Assembly: GCA_019415705.1 (NCBI GenBank)
Contig: DXYS01000006.1
Location: 30,618-94,617, forward strand
DNA length: 64,000 nt
DNA from: Bacteroidales bacterium
GTDB lineage: Bacteria; Bacteroidota; Bacteroidia; Bacteroidales; Muribaculaceae
Direction of reading: 5' to 3'
Positions 1 to 9,285 of the stretch are shown one piece after another; within the stretch, counting starts at the first letter, position 1, and each line of letters begins with the position of its first letter. The translations under genes and the position numbers were made by a program. Under the pieces are notes generated by a model. It worked only from the letters and a program-made list of their open reading frames with translations. It ran no database searches and had not been told where the DNA came from.

Positions 1-843
1 AACCCCGACTTCGACGTCGTGGCCCGCGCAGCCGTGCAGATTAAAAACGCCATGGACGCCACTATCGCCCTCGGCGGCACAAACTATGTATTCTGGGGCG
101 GCCGCGAAGGCTACATGAGCCTTCTCAACACCGACCAGAAACGCGAGAAAGAGCACTTGGCAACAATGCTCACCATCGCCCGCGACTATGCACGCGCCAA
201 CGGTTTCAAAGGCACATTCCTCATCGAGCCCAAACCCATGGAGCCCTCTAAGCACCAGTATGACGTCGACACCGAGACCGTAATCGGCTTCCTCAAAGCA
301 CACGGTCTTGACAAAGACTTCAAAGTCAACATCGAGGTCAACCACGCCACTCTCGCCGGCCACACATTCGAGCATGAGCTCGCAGTAGCTGTCGACAACG
401 GCATGCTCGGCTCTATCGACGCCAACCGCGGTGACTACCAGAACGGCTGGGACACCGACCAGTTCCCCATGGACAACTGCGAGCTCACTCAGGCCATGAT
501 GCAGATCATCCGCAACGGCGGTCTCGGCAACGGCGGCACAAACTTCGACGCCAAAACCCGCCGCAACTCGACCGACCTCGAGGACATCTTCATCGCCCAC
601 ATCGCCGGTATGGACGCCATGGCACGCGCTCTGCTCTGCGCCGCCGAGCTCCTCGAGAAATCGCCCTACAAGAAGATGCTCGCCGACCGCTACGCATCAT
701 TCGACGGCGGCGAAGGCAAGAAGTTTGAGGAAGGCAAACTCACTCTCGAGCAGGTTGTCGCCTACGCCAAGACACAGCCCGAGCCCACTCAGACCTCCGG
801 CAAACAGGAGCTCTATGAGGCTATCGTCAACATGTACTGCTAA
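1..843 (+). CDS. xylA: Xylose isomerase, C-terminal ~280 aa (5' end lies outside the window)
   Basis: Frame 1 is open from nt 1 (NPDFDVV...). It carries class II xylose isomerase motifs [33 protein letters not shown] and GWDTDQFP. Stop at 841-843. Confidence 0.95.
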   Translation, partial: NPDFDVVARAAVQIKNAMDATIALGGTNYVFWGGREGYMSLLNTDQKREKEHLATMLTIARDYARANGFKGTFLIEPKPMEPSKHQYDVDTETVIGFLKAHGLDKDFKVNIEVNHATLAGHTFEHELAVAVDNGMLGSIDANRGDYQNGWDTDQFPMDNCELTQAMMQIIRNGGLGNGGTNFDAKTRRNSTDLEDIFIAHIAGMDAMARALLCAAELLEKSPYKKMLADRYASFDGGEGKKFEEGKLTLEQVVAYAKTQPEPTQTSGKQELYEAIVNMYC

Positions 844-883
844 TTACTTTCAGTAGAGCAGTTTAGCTCTTAAGCAAACTTAC

Positions 884-931
884 AAGGCCCTAAAGGCTAC
901 ATTTTCTCAAGCCTTTAGGGCCTTATTCCTA
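884..931 (+). terminator. Hairpin terminator after xylA
   Basis: 14-bp perfect stem: aaggccctaaaggc (884-897) pairs with gcctttagggcctt (911-924). The T tract is weak. Confidence 0.6.
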
Positions 932-954
932 AATACTTAATACCATCTCATCAC

Positions 955-2430
955 ATGCAACAAAAAAACGGTAGCAAACTCTACCTATTTTCAATCGTAT
1001 TGGTAGCCGTCTTCGGCGGTCTGCTATTCGGCTATGACACGGCCGTTATCTCCGGCGCCGAAAAAGGCCTGCAAGCCTACTTCCTTGGAGCTAAAGACTT
1101 TGTCTACACCGATGTCATCCACGGCATCACCTCGTCAAGCGCCCTGCTCGGCTGTATCATCGGCGCAGCCGTCTCGGGTTTCTGCGCCTCACGTCTCGGA
1201 CGTAAAAAGAGCCTCTTCGTGGCCGGCATCCTCTTCCTCGTCTCGGCTCTCGGATCATACTGGCCCGAGTTCGTCATTTATGAAAAAGGCGTTCCCCACT
1301 TCGGCCTCCTCATCGTCTTCAATATCTACCGCATCATCGGCGGTATCGGCGTAGGCCTCGCTTCGGCCGTCTGCCCGATGTATATCGCCGAGGTTTCGCC
1401 CTCTGAGATCCGCGGCACACTCGTGTCATGGAACCAGTTTGCCATCATCTTCGGCCAGCTCGTCGTCTACTTCGTCAACTTCCTGATTCTCGGCGAACAC
1501 ACCAACCCCGTCATCGAGAAGACAGCCGAAGGCCTCTACGCCGTGCTCCCGACCTCTGACATCTGGACCATCAGCACAGGCTGGCGCTACATGTTCGGCT
1601 CCGAAGCCTTTGTGGCCGCACTGTTCACTGTGCTCGTGCTTTTCGTGCCCGAGTCACCGCGCTACTTGGTGCTCATCGGCAAAGACAAAGCCGCTTTCAA
1701 TGTGCTCGAGCGCATCAACGGCACATCAAAGGCCGAGGCTATCCTCAACGAAATCAAAGCTACCGCTACCGAGAAGACCGAGCGTCTGTTCTCATTCGGC
1801 GTACTCGTCATCTTCATAGGCATCATGCTCTCGGTCTTCCAGCAAGCAGTCGGCATCAACGCCGTTCTCTACTATGCTCCTCGCATCTTTGACTCGATGA
1901 ACATGGGCAACCCGATGGTACAGACCGTCATCATGGGCGTTGTCAACATCATCTTCACCCTCGTGGCCATCTTCACCGTCGAGAAATGGGGCCGCAAACC
2001 GCTGTTAATCTACGGCTCTATCGGCATGGCAGTCGGCGCATTCGGCGTGATGCTTTCCAACATCGTCGAAGTCGCTCCCATCGTGCCCGTAGTCAGCATC
2101 ATGGTATACTCGGCATCATTCATGTTCTCTTGGGGTCCCATCTGCTGGGTGCTCATCTCGGAGATCTTCCCCAACACCATCCGTTCGGCCGCAGTCGCTA
2201 TCGCCGTCGCTTTCCAGTGGATTTTCAACTTCATCGTTTCGTCGACCTTCGTGCCCATGTATAACATGAGCCTCGGCTCGATGGGGGACAAGTTCGGCCA
2301 CATGTTTGCCTACGGTCTCTACGGCATCATCTGCGTCATCGCAGCCATCTTCGTCTATAAACTTGTGCCCGAGACCAAGGGCAAGTCACTCGAAGACATG
2401 TCGAAGCTCTGGCTCAACCGCAAGAAATAA
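955..2430 (+). CDS. xylE: MFS sugar-porter family transporter, D-xylose:H+ symporter-like
   Basis: 491 aa and multi-TM. Sugar porter signatures GRKKSL, PESPRYL and PETKGKSLE are present. It lies immediately downstream of xylA. Confidence 0.85.
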   Translation: MQQKNGSKLYLFSIVLVAVFGGLLFGYDTAVISGAEKGLQAYFLGAKDFVYTDVIHGITSSSALLGCIIGAAVSGFCASRLGRKKSLFVAGILFLVSALGSYWPEFVIYEKGVPHFGLLIVFNIYRIIGGIGVGLASAVCPMYIAEVSPSEIRGTLVSWNQFAIIFGQLVVYFVNFLILGEHTNPVIEKTAEGLYAVLPTSDIWTISTGWRYMFGSEAFVAALFTVLVLFVPESPRYLVLIGKDKAAFNVLERINGTSKAEAILNEIKATATEKTERLFSFGVLVIFIGIMLSVFQQAVGINAVLYYAPRIFDSMNMGNPMVQTVIMGVVNIIFTLVAIFTVEKWGRKPLLIYGSIGMAVGAFGVMLSNIVEVAPIVPVVSIMVYSASFMFSWGPICWVLISEIFPNTIRSAAVAIAVAFQWIFNFIVSSTFVPMYNMSLGSMGDKFGHMFAYGLYGIICVIAAIFVYKLVPETKGKSLEDMSKLWLNRKK

Positions 2431-2456
2431 GCATTAAGACCATATCTCCCATTACG

Positions 2457-2502
2457 CTCAGCGGCTCTGCCCCACACAGGGTCAGAGCCGCTGAGTGTTT
2501 TT
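2457..2502 (+). terminator. Rho-independent terminator after xylE
   Basis: 13-bp perfect stem: ctcagcggctctg (2457-2469) pairs with cagagccgctgag (2483-2495), followed by tgttttt. Confidence 0.8.
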
Positions 2503-2586
2503 ACAGCAGTCACAGATAATATCAATTAATCGCCGCTAAACACTTTTTATGATAAAAATTACCCCGTAAAGGGATGGTGGTAAAAT

Positions 2587-2594
2587 TAATTTTG
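2587..2594 (+). promoter_or_regulatory. Bacteroidetes-type -7 box TAATTTTG upstream of the CE8 gene
   Basis: Matches the TAnnTTTG consensus, about 58 nt upstream of ATG 2652. Confidence 0.45.
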
Positions 2595-2651
2595 TAGCAT
2601 GAAAAATATATCATTCTGATACCTAAAAACAAAACCCAACAAATTAAAATC

Positions 2652-5600
2652 ATGAAACACAGTCTACTAAACCTTTCAGCGTTGGCTGCTGCCATCGTCG
2701 GGACAGGTGTTGCATTTGCTGCATTTACAAATGTCAGCAACGACATCGACATACCCTCGCGCGCCACAGCCACACAAGACGTCAGCGCCACATGGGCGAT
2801 GGCTGTCACCCACGACCAAGTCGCCGCGAAAGTCACTCCGGCAACAGCTTTCACTAACCCTGCATTCACCATCGGTGACGGCATCACATTCAGAGATGTC
2901 TGGACTGTCGGCGGAATACCCATGTCGCGCTACACGATACAGGCATGCGAAAACGGCGGACGTCAGGACAATCAATACTTAGAGTTCTCGGTGACACCGA
3001 CTGCCGCCGTAACCCTGACATCTATGTCGTTTGACCTGATAAATGACGGCTGGGGAGGCGGCACATATGATTATGTCGTCACAACAGGCTCTCAGACAAA
3101 AGAATTACTGAATCAGACACCCATCCGCAACAATGCGGAAGATTTATCTGAAGAAGCCCGCAAAATAACATGCGACCTCTCGAATCTCACTCCGACCACA
3201 GACCCCGTTTCTGTCAGAATTTATTATTACGCAAACTCTACACAGTCTAAATCACGTTCGTTCGGCATAGCCAACGTCACATTCAAAGGCACCGCCGAAT
3301 ATGAGGATAACTGTCACTTCTCCGTACCCGGCACTCTGGCCCTCACCGCTGACAACAGCGAGATTGAAGCCAACAAACTGCGTGTCGGCAACAACGAACT
3401 CAGCTATGTCGAAAACGGCTCAACACTTACATTTAAAAATGTCCACGTACACCAGTCAGGCACATATAAAGTCTTGATGCCCACCGACTACTCTTATGGT
3501 GACGGAACACTCAAAATCGAAGTCAAAGACCTGACAAGCGGCAAAATCGAAGCCGAATACGACGGCACACTTCCCAAGAACAACTCGTCATACGAAGCCA
3601 TAGAGTACACACTCGGCGGCGGCATCACAGACGGAACAAAAGATATCACTTTTACGTTCGGACGCCCCTCAGGATTTGTATGCAACGCCCGCAGTCCCGA
3701 ATTTGTACGCACAGGTGACTACAGCGGCAACGAATCCGAGATTCCCGCCGGATGGGCTTCAATCCCCGGCACTCTTGACGCTGCCAAATGGACCTACAAC
3801 AAAGAGGGTCACGGCAATTTCGGATTTGAAAGCGAAGCAAAAGGCGTAGGCTATGTCAAAAACAAAGCAGTCGCCACTTATAAATTCTACAACACCGAGG
3901 CCGGCGCATACACCATGGGATGGAAATGGAACATCTCAAACGGAGGTACCGCACGCATCACCATCACCGACAAAGAGAGCGGTGAAGTCGAAATCGACCA
4001 GAACTGGACCATCGCCGGCGGCGACAACGAAATACCGTTGGAAGGCCTCATCACAAAAGGCAAAAAAGACATCAGTCTTGCACTCAGCGCCTCACATGAC
4101 GGATGGATTGGCAATTACTTCTCTCCCGTCTTCACCCGCACGGCCGACAGCTATGCAGCCGTCAAATCAGTCACACTCGTGGCCGACGGCGCCATCGAGG
4201 CTGATGCCGCAGGCTTTGACTGGGCATTCAACCTCCCCATGTCGTTCGCGGCCGAGAGCCTGACTCTTCGCGCCAATGTCATCGGAGGCACAGTGACTGC
4301 AACAGGCGAAGGCGTGACCGCCGGCTCTGAAGCAGCAACATTCACCATTACAACTCCCGCTGTAAACGATGAGCGCATCGTAACACTCACCCTCACACCC
4401 GAGGACGGCGCCGCATATGCCAAAACCGAATATAAGGTGCGCATCTATCGCATCGGCGACGTCAAAGTATCAGCCATAGCTATCGACGGCATCAATGCCG
4501 AGGCCGACATAATCGAAGCCATCAACACATCAGAGGCCCGCACCGCCACTCTGAGCGGCAACATCTACACCGCAGCTCCGGCCGTGACAGCAACATTTAT
4601 CGACGCAACCACAGCTTCCGGCAAATTAGAGTCTGTCACAGAAGGCACCGCAAAATATACTTTTACAGGCGGTGAAGGCGAAGCAGCACGCACGTTCACA
4701 CTCAACGTCGAAGGCATACATACCTATGAGCGCACTGAAGACGACCTCGTCGGCACCATCGTCTACGACAGCTCCTGCAACAAAGCTGACAACTCATGGT
4801 CAAACGGCCTCTACACAATCGCTCCCGTCAACGACGGATGGGGCGGCTCTCAGTTTAAGTTCAGCTACAAAAACGGCTACACAATCACTCTGACCGCACC
4901 CAAAGACAAAAAACTCAAACAAATCGTCCTCGTCAAGCTCTTTGACAACTATGCCGACGGCAAATTCACCTCTGCCACATCAGAGGGCGCTCAGGTATGG
5001 TGTCCGACCAACGCCGGATTCCGCAAAGGCGGCGAAAACGCATATAACCTCATCATCAACATCGACAACCATGTCCCCGGCACACCCGTCGTACTCACTT
5101 TCGAGGGCGGTAGTCAGCCCGTCGCTTGGTTTGAATTTGTCTATGACGAAGTAAACCCCGGCACAGCTCCCACTCTGCTCAAAAAAGAGGAAATTCAAGA
5201 CCACAACCACGCACTTGTCAAACTGACATTCGACCGTGAAATGGCATCTACAACCGCTACTGTCAACAATACCGAAATAACATCCGAAGGCGGCAGCGCG
5301 ACACTCGTCTTCCCCCTCTTCGACCTGACATACGGCTCTGACATCGCACTCGAAATCGCAACCGGAGCTGCCAAAGACAAATACGGCAACGGCAACACCG
5401 AAGTAATCAGCCACACATTCACACTCAACGACAAACCCGTCTACGAACCCATCGCCGACGATAACTTCGTTGAAGTCAGCACTGTCGCCGAGCTGCGTGC
5501 AGCTGTCGCCAAAGCCAACACAACCAACACGACAGCCGATGCCAAACCGTTCATCATCTTCGTGCGCAACGGCGACTACGACCTCGGCTCTGACGTTGTC

Positions 5601-6803
5601 GACGGCAACTCCCCCTCTGAATCCGACGTATGTCTGCACATCGAAAAAGCATGGAATGTCAGCCTCATCGGCGAGAGCCGCGACGGCGTCCTCATACACG
5701 GCGAACGCACCGGCATCTCCAATCCTATCTTCTCGACACGCTACTCTCACAACACCTATATCGCCGACCTCACACTGCGCAACGACTTTGACTACAATGA
5801 TGTAGTCGCAGGAGGCAGCCGCAAAGGCGTCAGCGTAGCCCACTACGGCGGTTATAAGGACATCATGGTCAACGTGACAATGCAGGCCGTTCAGGACACT
5901 CAGGTGACCGGCGAAGACGGTTATTACTACAACTGTGACATCTACGGCGGCACAGACTTCATCTGTGGCGGCGGAGACCACTTCTATGACCGTTGCAACC
6001 TCATCATCGTGTCGGCAGGCCCCATCACAGCCCCGCAGACATCACCCTCGCTCAAACACGGATACGTGTTCCAGAACTGCGTCATCAGCGGTAAAGACGG
6101 CTACACACTCGGCCGTCCGTGGCAGAACGAGCCCCGCGCATTCTTCCTCAACACCACGATGAAAGCTAAATGCGACGACGCAGGATGGGCCAGCATGGGC
6201 AATCTTGTCACACACTTCTTCGAGTATAACTCGATGGATGCCGACGGCAACCCCATCGACCTCTCCGTACGCCAGAACTCTCCGACATCGATCAACACAT
6301 ACTCTCCGATACTCGACGCTAAATACGCCCCCTACTTCACTGTCGAAAACGTCATAGCACTCAAAGAAAGCTATCTGCCGACCGACTATGCAGTCGTTCT
6401 TGACGCTCCGGAGGTCAAATTCTCCAACGGCGCGTTCACTTGGGAAGCAGTCGAGGATGCCGTCGCCTACCTCATCTATCGTGACGGCGAGTATATCGAA
6501 AAAACCACAGCTACGACATGGACCGCTCCCTCAGAGCCCGCATCACCCGTCAGCTGCGCCTCAGAGCCCCTCTACACAGTGCGTGCAATCAGCCACCGAG
6601 GCGCTTTAGGCACACCGTCAAAAGAAATGTCTACCTCAGGCATCTCTGACATCACCGCCGGTGACGCAGCCGGTGACGTAATCTCGACCGACTACTTCAA
6701 CGCACAGGGTCAGCTCGTGACACCCGACACCAAAGGCATACGCCTGCGTGTCGAGACCCTCAGCGACGGCTCACGCCGCGTAATCAAAGAAAACGTACGT
6801 TAA
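2652..6803 (+). CDS. Multimodular secreted pectin methylesterase (CE8) with several beta-sandwich/CBM-like modules and a T9SS C-terminal sorting domain
   Basis: 1383 aa with signal peptide MKHSLLNLSALAAAIVGTGVAFA. CE8 motifs QAVQDTQV, GGTDFICGGG and YTLGRPW are present. The C-terminus YFNAQGQLVTPDTKGIRLRVETLSDGSRRVIKENVR resembles a T9SS CTD. Confidence 0.8.
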   Translation: MKHSLLNLSALAAAIVGTGVAFAAFTNVSNDIDIPSRATATQDVSATWAMAVTHDQVAAKVTPATAFTNPAFTIGDGITFRDVWTVGGIPMSRYTIQACENGGRQDNQYLEFSVTPTAAVTLTSMSFDLINDGWGGGTYDYVVTTGSQTKELLNQTPIRNNAEDLSEEARKITCDLSNLTPTTDPVSVRIYYYANSTQSKSRSFGIANVTFKGTAEYEDNCHFSVPGTLALTADNSEIEANKLRVGNNELSYVENGSTLTFKNVHVHQSGTYKVLMPTDYSYGDGTLKIEVKDLTSGKIEAEYDGTLPKNNSSYEAIEYTLGGGITDGTKDITFTFGRPSGFVCNARSPEFVRTGDYSGNESEIPAGWASIPGTLDAAKWTYNKEGHGNFGFESEAKGVGYVKNKAVATYKFYNTEAGAYTMGWKWNISNGGTARITITDKESGEVEIDQNWTIAGGDNEIPLEGLITKGKKDISLALSASHDGWIGNYFSPVFTRTADSYAAVKSVTLVADGAIEADAAGFDWAFNLPMSFAAESLTLRANVIGGTVTATGEGVTAGSEAATFTITTPAVNDERIVTLTLTPEDGAAYAKTEYKVRIYRIGDVKVSAIAIDGINAEADIIEAINTSEARTATLSGNIYTAAPAVTATFIDATTASGKLESVTEGTAKYTFTGGEGEAARTFTLNVEGIHTYERTEDDLVGTIVYDSSCNKADNSWSNGLYTIAPVNDGWGGSQFKFSYKNGYTITLTAPKDKKLKQIVLVKLFDNYADGKFTSATSEGAQVWCPTNAGFRKGGENAYNLIINIDNHVPGTPVVLTFEGGSQPVAWFEFVYDEVNPGTAPTLLKKEEIQDHNHALVKLTFDREMASTTATVNNTEITSEGGSATLVFPLFDLTYGSDIALEIATGAAKDKYGNGNTEVISHTFTLNDKPVYEPIADDNFVEVSTVAELRAAVAKANTTNTTADAKPFIIFVRNGDYDLGSDVVDGNSPSESDVCLHIEKAWNVSLIGESRDGVLIHGERTGISNPIFSTRYSHNTYIADLTLRNDFDYNDVVAGGSRKGVSVAHYGGYKDIMVNVTMQAVQDTQVTGEDGYYYNCDIYGGTDFICGGGDHFYDRCNLIIVSAGPITAPQTSPSLKHGYVFQNCVISGKDGYTLGRPWQNEPRAFFLNTTMKAKCDDAGWASMGNLVTHFFEYNSMDADGNPIDLSVRQNSPTSINTYSPILDAKYAPYFTVENVIALKESYLPTDYAVVLDAPEVKFSNGAFTWEAVEDAVAYLIYRDGEYIEKTTATTWTAPSEPASPVSCASEPLYTVRAISHRGALGTPSKEMSTSGISDITAGDAAGDVISTDYFNAQGQLVTPDTKGIRLRVETLSDGSRRVIKENVR

Positions 6804-6842
6804 TACCAACTTAGCGATTATACACATCTTACTTAGTGCCGG

Positions 6843-6880
6843 CGGGCGACAGTCTTCACAAACTGTCGCCCGTCTTGTTT
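6843..6880 (+). terminator. Terminator after the CE8 gene
   Basis: 11-bp stem: cgggcgacagt (6843-6853) pairs with actgtcgcccg (6862-6872), followed by tcttgttt. Confidence 0.7.
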
Positions 6881-6950
6881 GACGGCTCTTTAACAGCCCG
6901 GTGCATCCTTTTCCGTCAATTATTCCACCTTCGGCCTCGCGCGCATGCAA

Positions 6951-6958
6951 TATTTTTG
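6951..6958 (+). promoter_or_regulatory. -7 box TATTTTTG for the pectate lyase gene
   Basis: TAnnTTTG match 28 nt upstream of ATG 6986. It is embedded in the 24-nt motif shared with 10918-10941. Confidence 0.5.
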
Positions 6959-6985
6959 CATCAGAAACAAAATTCACTCGTAAAT

Positions 6986-9109
6986 ATGAACCTAAAATCT
7001 AACATCATCAGAACTCTCTGCCTCGGTGGCTCGATACTTATTGCTGCTGCTGCTTCGGCTGACAATCTGCCCGAGCGCGTGCCGGCCTTCCCCGGCGCCG
7101 AGGGTTTCGGTAAATACACCACCGGCGGTCGCGGCGGCCACGTCTACACCGTCACCTCGCTCGAAGACAGCGGCGTCGGCACTCTGCGCTGGGCCAACGA
7201 CCAGCCCGGACCGCGCACAATCGTTTTCGCTGTCTCAGGCACAATCCATCTGAAATCGTCACTCAAGCTTAAAGAAAACACCACTATCGCCGGCCAGACC
7301 GCGCCCGGCGACGGCATCTGCCTCGCCGACTACCCTGTCACGATAGCCTCCAACAGCATAGTCCGCTATATCCGCTTCCGCCTCGGCAACACTAACGTGA
7401 CCCAGAACGGCGCTGACGGATGGGACGGTCTCTCGGTCATGGACTCACACGACGTCATCGTCGACCACTGCTCGGTCAGCTGGTCTATCGACGAGTGCTG
7501 CTCGATACTCGGCAACAAAAACACCTCCCTGCAGTGGAGCATCGTCGCCCAGAGTCTCGTCAACGCCGGACACAGCAAAGGCGCTCACGGCTACGGCGGC
7601 AACTGGGGCGGCTCGGGTGCATCGTTCCACCACAATTTGGTCGTGCACCACGGCTCGCGCACTCCGCGCCTCGGCCCGCGTCCGACCACACAGCTTGACG
7701 AGCGTATGGATATGCGCAACAACGTCATCTACAACTTCGGCGGCAACGGCTGCTACGGCGGTGAAGGCATGAACGTCAACATCGTCAACAACTATTACAA
7801 ACCCGGCCCCGGCTCGCCCACAAACACCCGAGGCAAACGCATCGCCGGCATTGGTGTACGCACCAACTCTTACTGCACCACCTATCCTGACTATGCTCCG
7901 GCCCTTCACCTCTGGGGCTCATACTTTGTCGAGGGCAACATCAACTCAAAATACAGCGACGTCACCGCCGACAACTGGGCCAATGGCATGTATAACCAGA
8001 TTGACACAAGCAACTCGGCCACAGACGGCACATGGAACGACGAAGTCAAGAAGAATATCCGCCGCTCGGAGCCCGTGCCCTACTACGCCACCACGACCCA
8101 CTCGGCCGACGACGCCTACAAACGCGTGCTTGACTATGCCGGCTGCTCGCTAAGCCGTGACAACTTCGACGACCAGATGGTCGGCGACTGCCGCGTTGGC
8201 ACTGCCACAGCCACCGGCTCGAAACTATCCAAGGGTTTCGTAAACTCACAGGACGACAACACCGCCCTCGTTAAAGCCAACGGCGGCTCTGCATGGCCCA
8301 TCCTCAACTCGACCGAGGCTCCCGTCGACACTGACGGCGACGGCATACCCGACGAATGGGAAAAAGCCAACGGCCTCGACCCCGAGAAGAAAGGCGACGC
8401 CAACCTCTATAACGACGAAGGCTACACCATGCTCGAGGTCTACCTCGCATCTTTGGTCGAAGACATCACCGAAGGGCAGAACGCCGGCGGTGACATCGAG
8501 GGCGACATCCTCGCCGTCGACCCCGTCAAAGACAGCTACACCATCTCGTTAGAGACCAGCACCGGCGGCACATCGTCGTGGACCGGCGAATTTGCAGGGG
8601 GCATCCGTCTGTTCAACATCGACGACAAAGCCATCTCAATTTACCGCAAGACGCACATCGGCGTAGGCCGCGGCGTAAAACACTACATCCTGCTCCCGGC
8701 CGGCTCAGAGGTGACAGCCATCGACTTTGCAGGCAAAGGCAACACCTACCCCAACCGCACCACCGAGCCTTCGCTCGTCGAGCTTAACGGCGAGACATTC
8801 GACTCAGGCACATACAAACTGCCCACAAACCAGTCGACAGCCGACGGCAAATTCACCGTCGAACTTACCAAACCGGCCAAAGGCATGCTGACATTCACTT
8901 TTGCCGACTGCGACCCTATAATTTCCGGCATCACGCTCCACACACGCACGGCATCGACCTCAGGCATCGACGACATAGTCATCTCTGACGAAGACCCGCG
9001 CTCACAAGACCCCAACTGGTACACGCTCTCCGGTCTCAACCTCGGCACGGAGCGCCCCACAGCCGCCGGCATCTATATCAACCGCGGCCGCAAAATCGCC
9101 GTCAGATAA
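6986..9109 (+). CDS. Pectate lyase (PL1-like) with T9SS C-terminal sorting domain
   Basis: I chose ATG 6986 (signal peptide MNLKSNIIRTLCLGGSILIAAAASA). The longer ORF from 6836 starts at GTG and covers the upstream terminator and promoter. Motifs AFPGAEGFGKYTTGGRGGHVYTVTSLEDSGVGTLRWA and WDGLSVMDSHDVIVDHCSVSWSIDE are present, plus a DTDGDGIPDEWE repeat. The C-terminus is NWYTLSGLNLGTERPTAAGIYINRGRKIAVR. Confidence 0.85.
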   Translation: MNLKSNIIRTLCLGGSILIAAAASADNLPERVPAFPGAEGFGKYTTGGRGGHVYTVTSLEDSGVGTLRWANDQPGPRTIVFAVSGTIHLKSSLKLKENTTIAGQTAPGDGICLADYPVTIASNSIVRYIRFRLGNTNVTQNGADGWDGLSVMDSHDVIVDHCSVSWSIDECCSILGNKNTSLQWSIVAQSLVNAGHSKGAHGYGGNWGGSGASFHHNLVVHHGSRTPRLGPRPTTQLDERMDMRNNVIYNFGGNGCYGGEGMNVNIVNNYYKPGPGSPTNTRGKRIAGIGVRTNSYCTTYPDYAPALHLWGSYFVEGNINSKYSDVTADNWANGMYNQIDTSNSATDGTWNDEVKKNIRRSEPVPYYATTTHSADDAYKRVLDYAGCSLSRDNFDDQMVGDCRVGTATATGSKLSKGFVNSQDDNTALVKANGGSAWPILNSTEAPVDTDGDGIPDEWEKANGLDPEKKGDANLYNDEGYTMLEVYLASLVEDITEGQNAGGDIEGDILAVDPVKDSYTISLETSTGGTSSWTGEFAGGIRLFNIDDKAISIYRKTHIGVGRGVKHYILLPAGSEVTAIDFAGKGNTYPNRTTEPSLVELNGETFDSGTYKLPTNQSTADGKFTVELTKPAKGMLTFTFADCDPIISGITLHTRTASTSGIDDIVISDEDPRSQDPNWYTLSGLNLGTERPTAAGIYINRGRKIAVR

Positions 9110-9124
9110 CCGATACGCTTTTGT

Positions 9125-9168
9125 GGCGCCAAGCAGTGAGACAATTAACGCCGATACTGCTTGGCGCC
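9125..9168 (+). terminator. Hairpin after the pectate lyase gene
   Basis: 13-bp perfect stem: ggcgccaagcagt (9125-9137) pairs with actgcttggcgcc (9156-9168). There is no clear T tract. Confidence 0.45.
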
Positions 9169-9226
9169 GACACTGTCGTCACCTTTTTGCGACAAAAAAT
9201 CCACCTTTTCGGGTCAATGCAGACCT

Positions 9227-9234
9227 TAAATTTG
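9227..9234 (+). promoter_or_regulatory. -7 box TAAATTTG
   Basis: TAnnTTTG match 52 nt upstream of ATG 9286. Confidence 0.5.
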
Positions 9235-9285
9235 CGACATAGAAAAATCAACCTTTTTTACTTATAACTAATTCTTAATTTCTCC

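Noticed and set aside
4980-5981. Long antisense ORFs inside strongly supported genes (for example 4980-5981, 7445-7909, 11958-13019, 25051-26121, 54827-55468, 59773-60420).
   Set aside because: They lie entirely within genes that have clear family motifs on the other strand. Their translations are Val/Ala/Asp/Arg-rich, as expected for shadow ORFs in GC-rich DNA. No motifs were recognised.
6836-6985. N-terminal extensions of track ORFs that begin at GTG/TTG (6836, 19176, 31006, 36849, 39441, 57846, 57886, 60312, 60658).
   Set aside because: Each extension runs through a terminator, a -7 promoter box or the neighbouring gene. An in-frame ATG followed by a signal peptide, lipobox or family-typical N-terminus exists downstream, and I used those ATGs instead.
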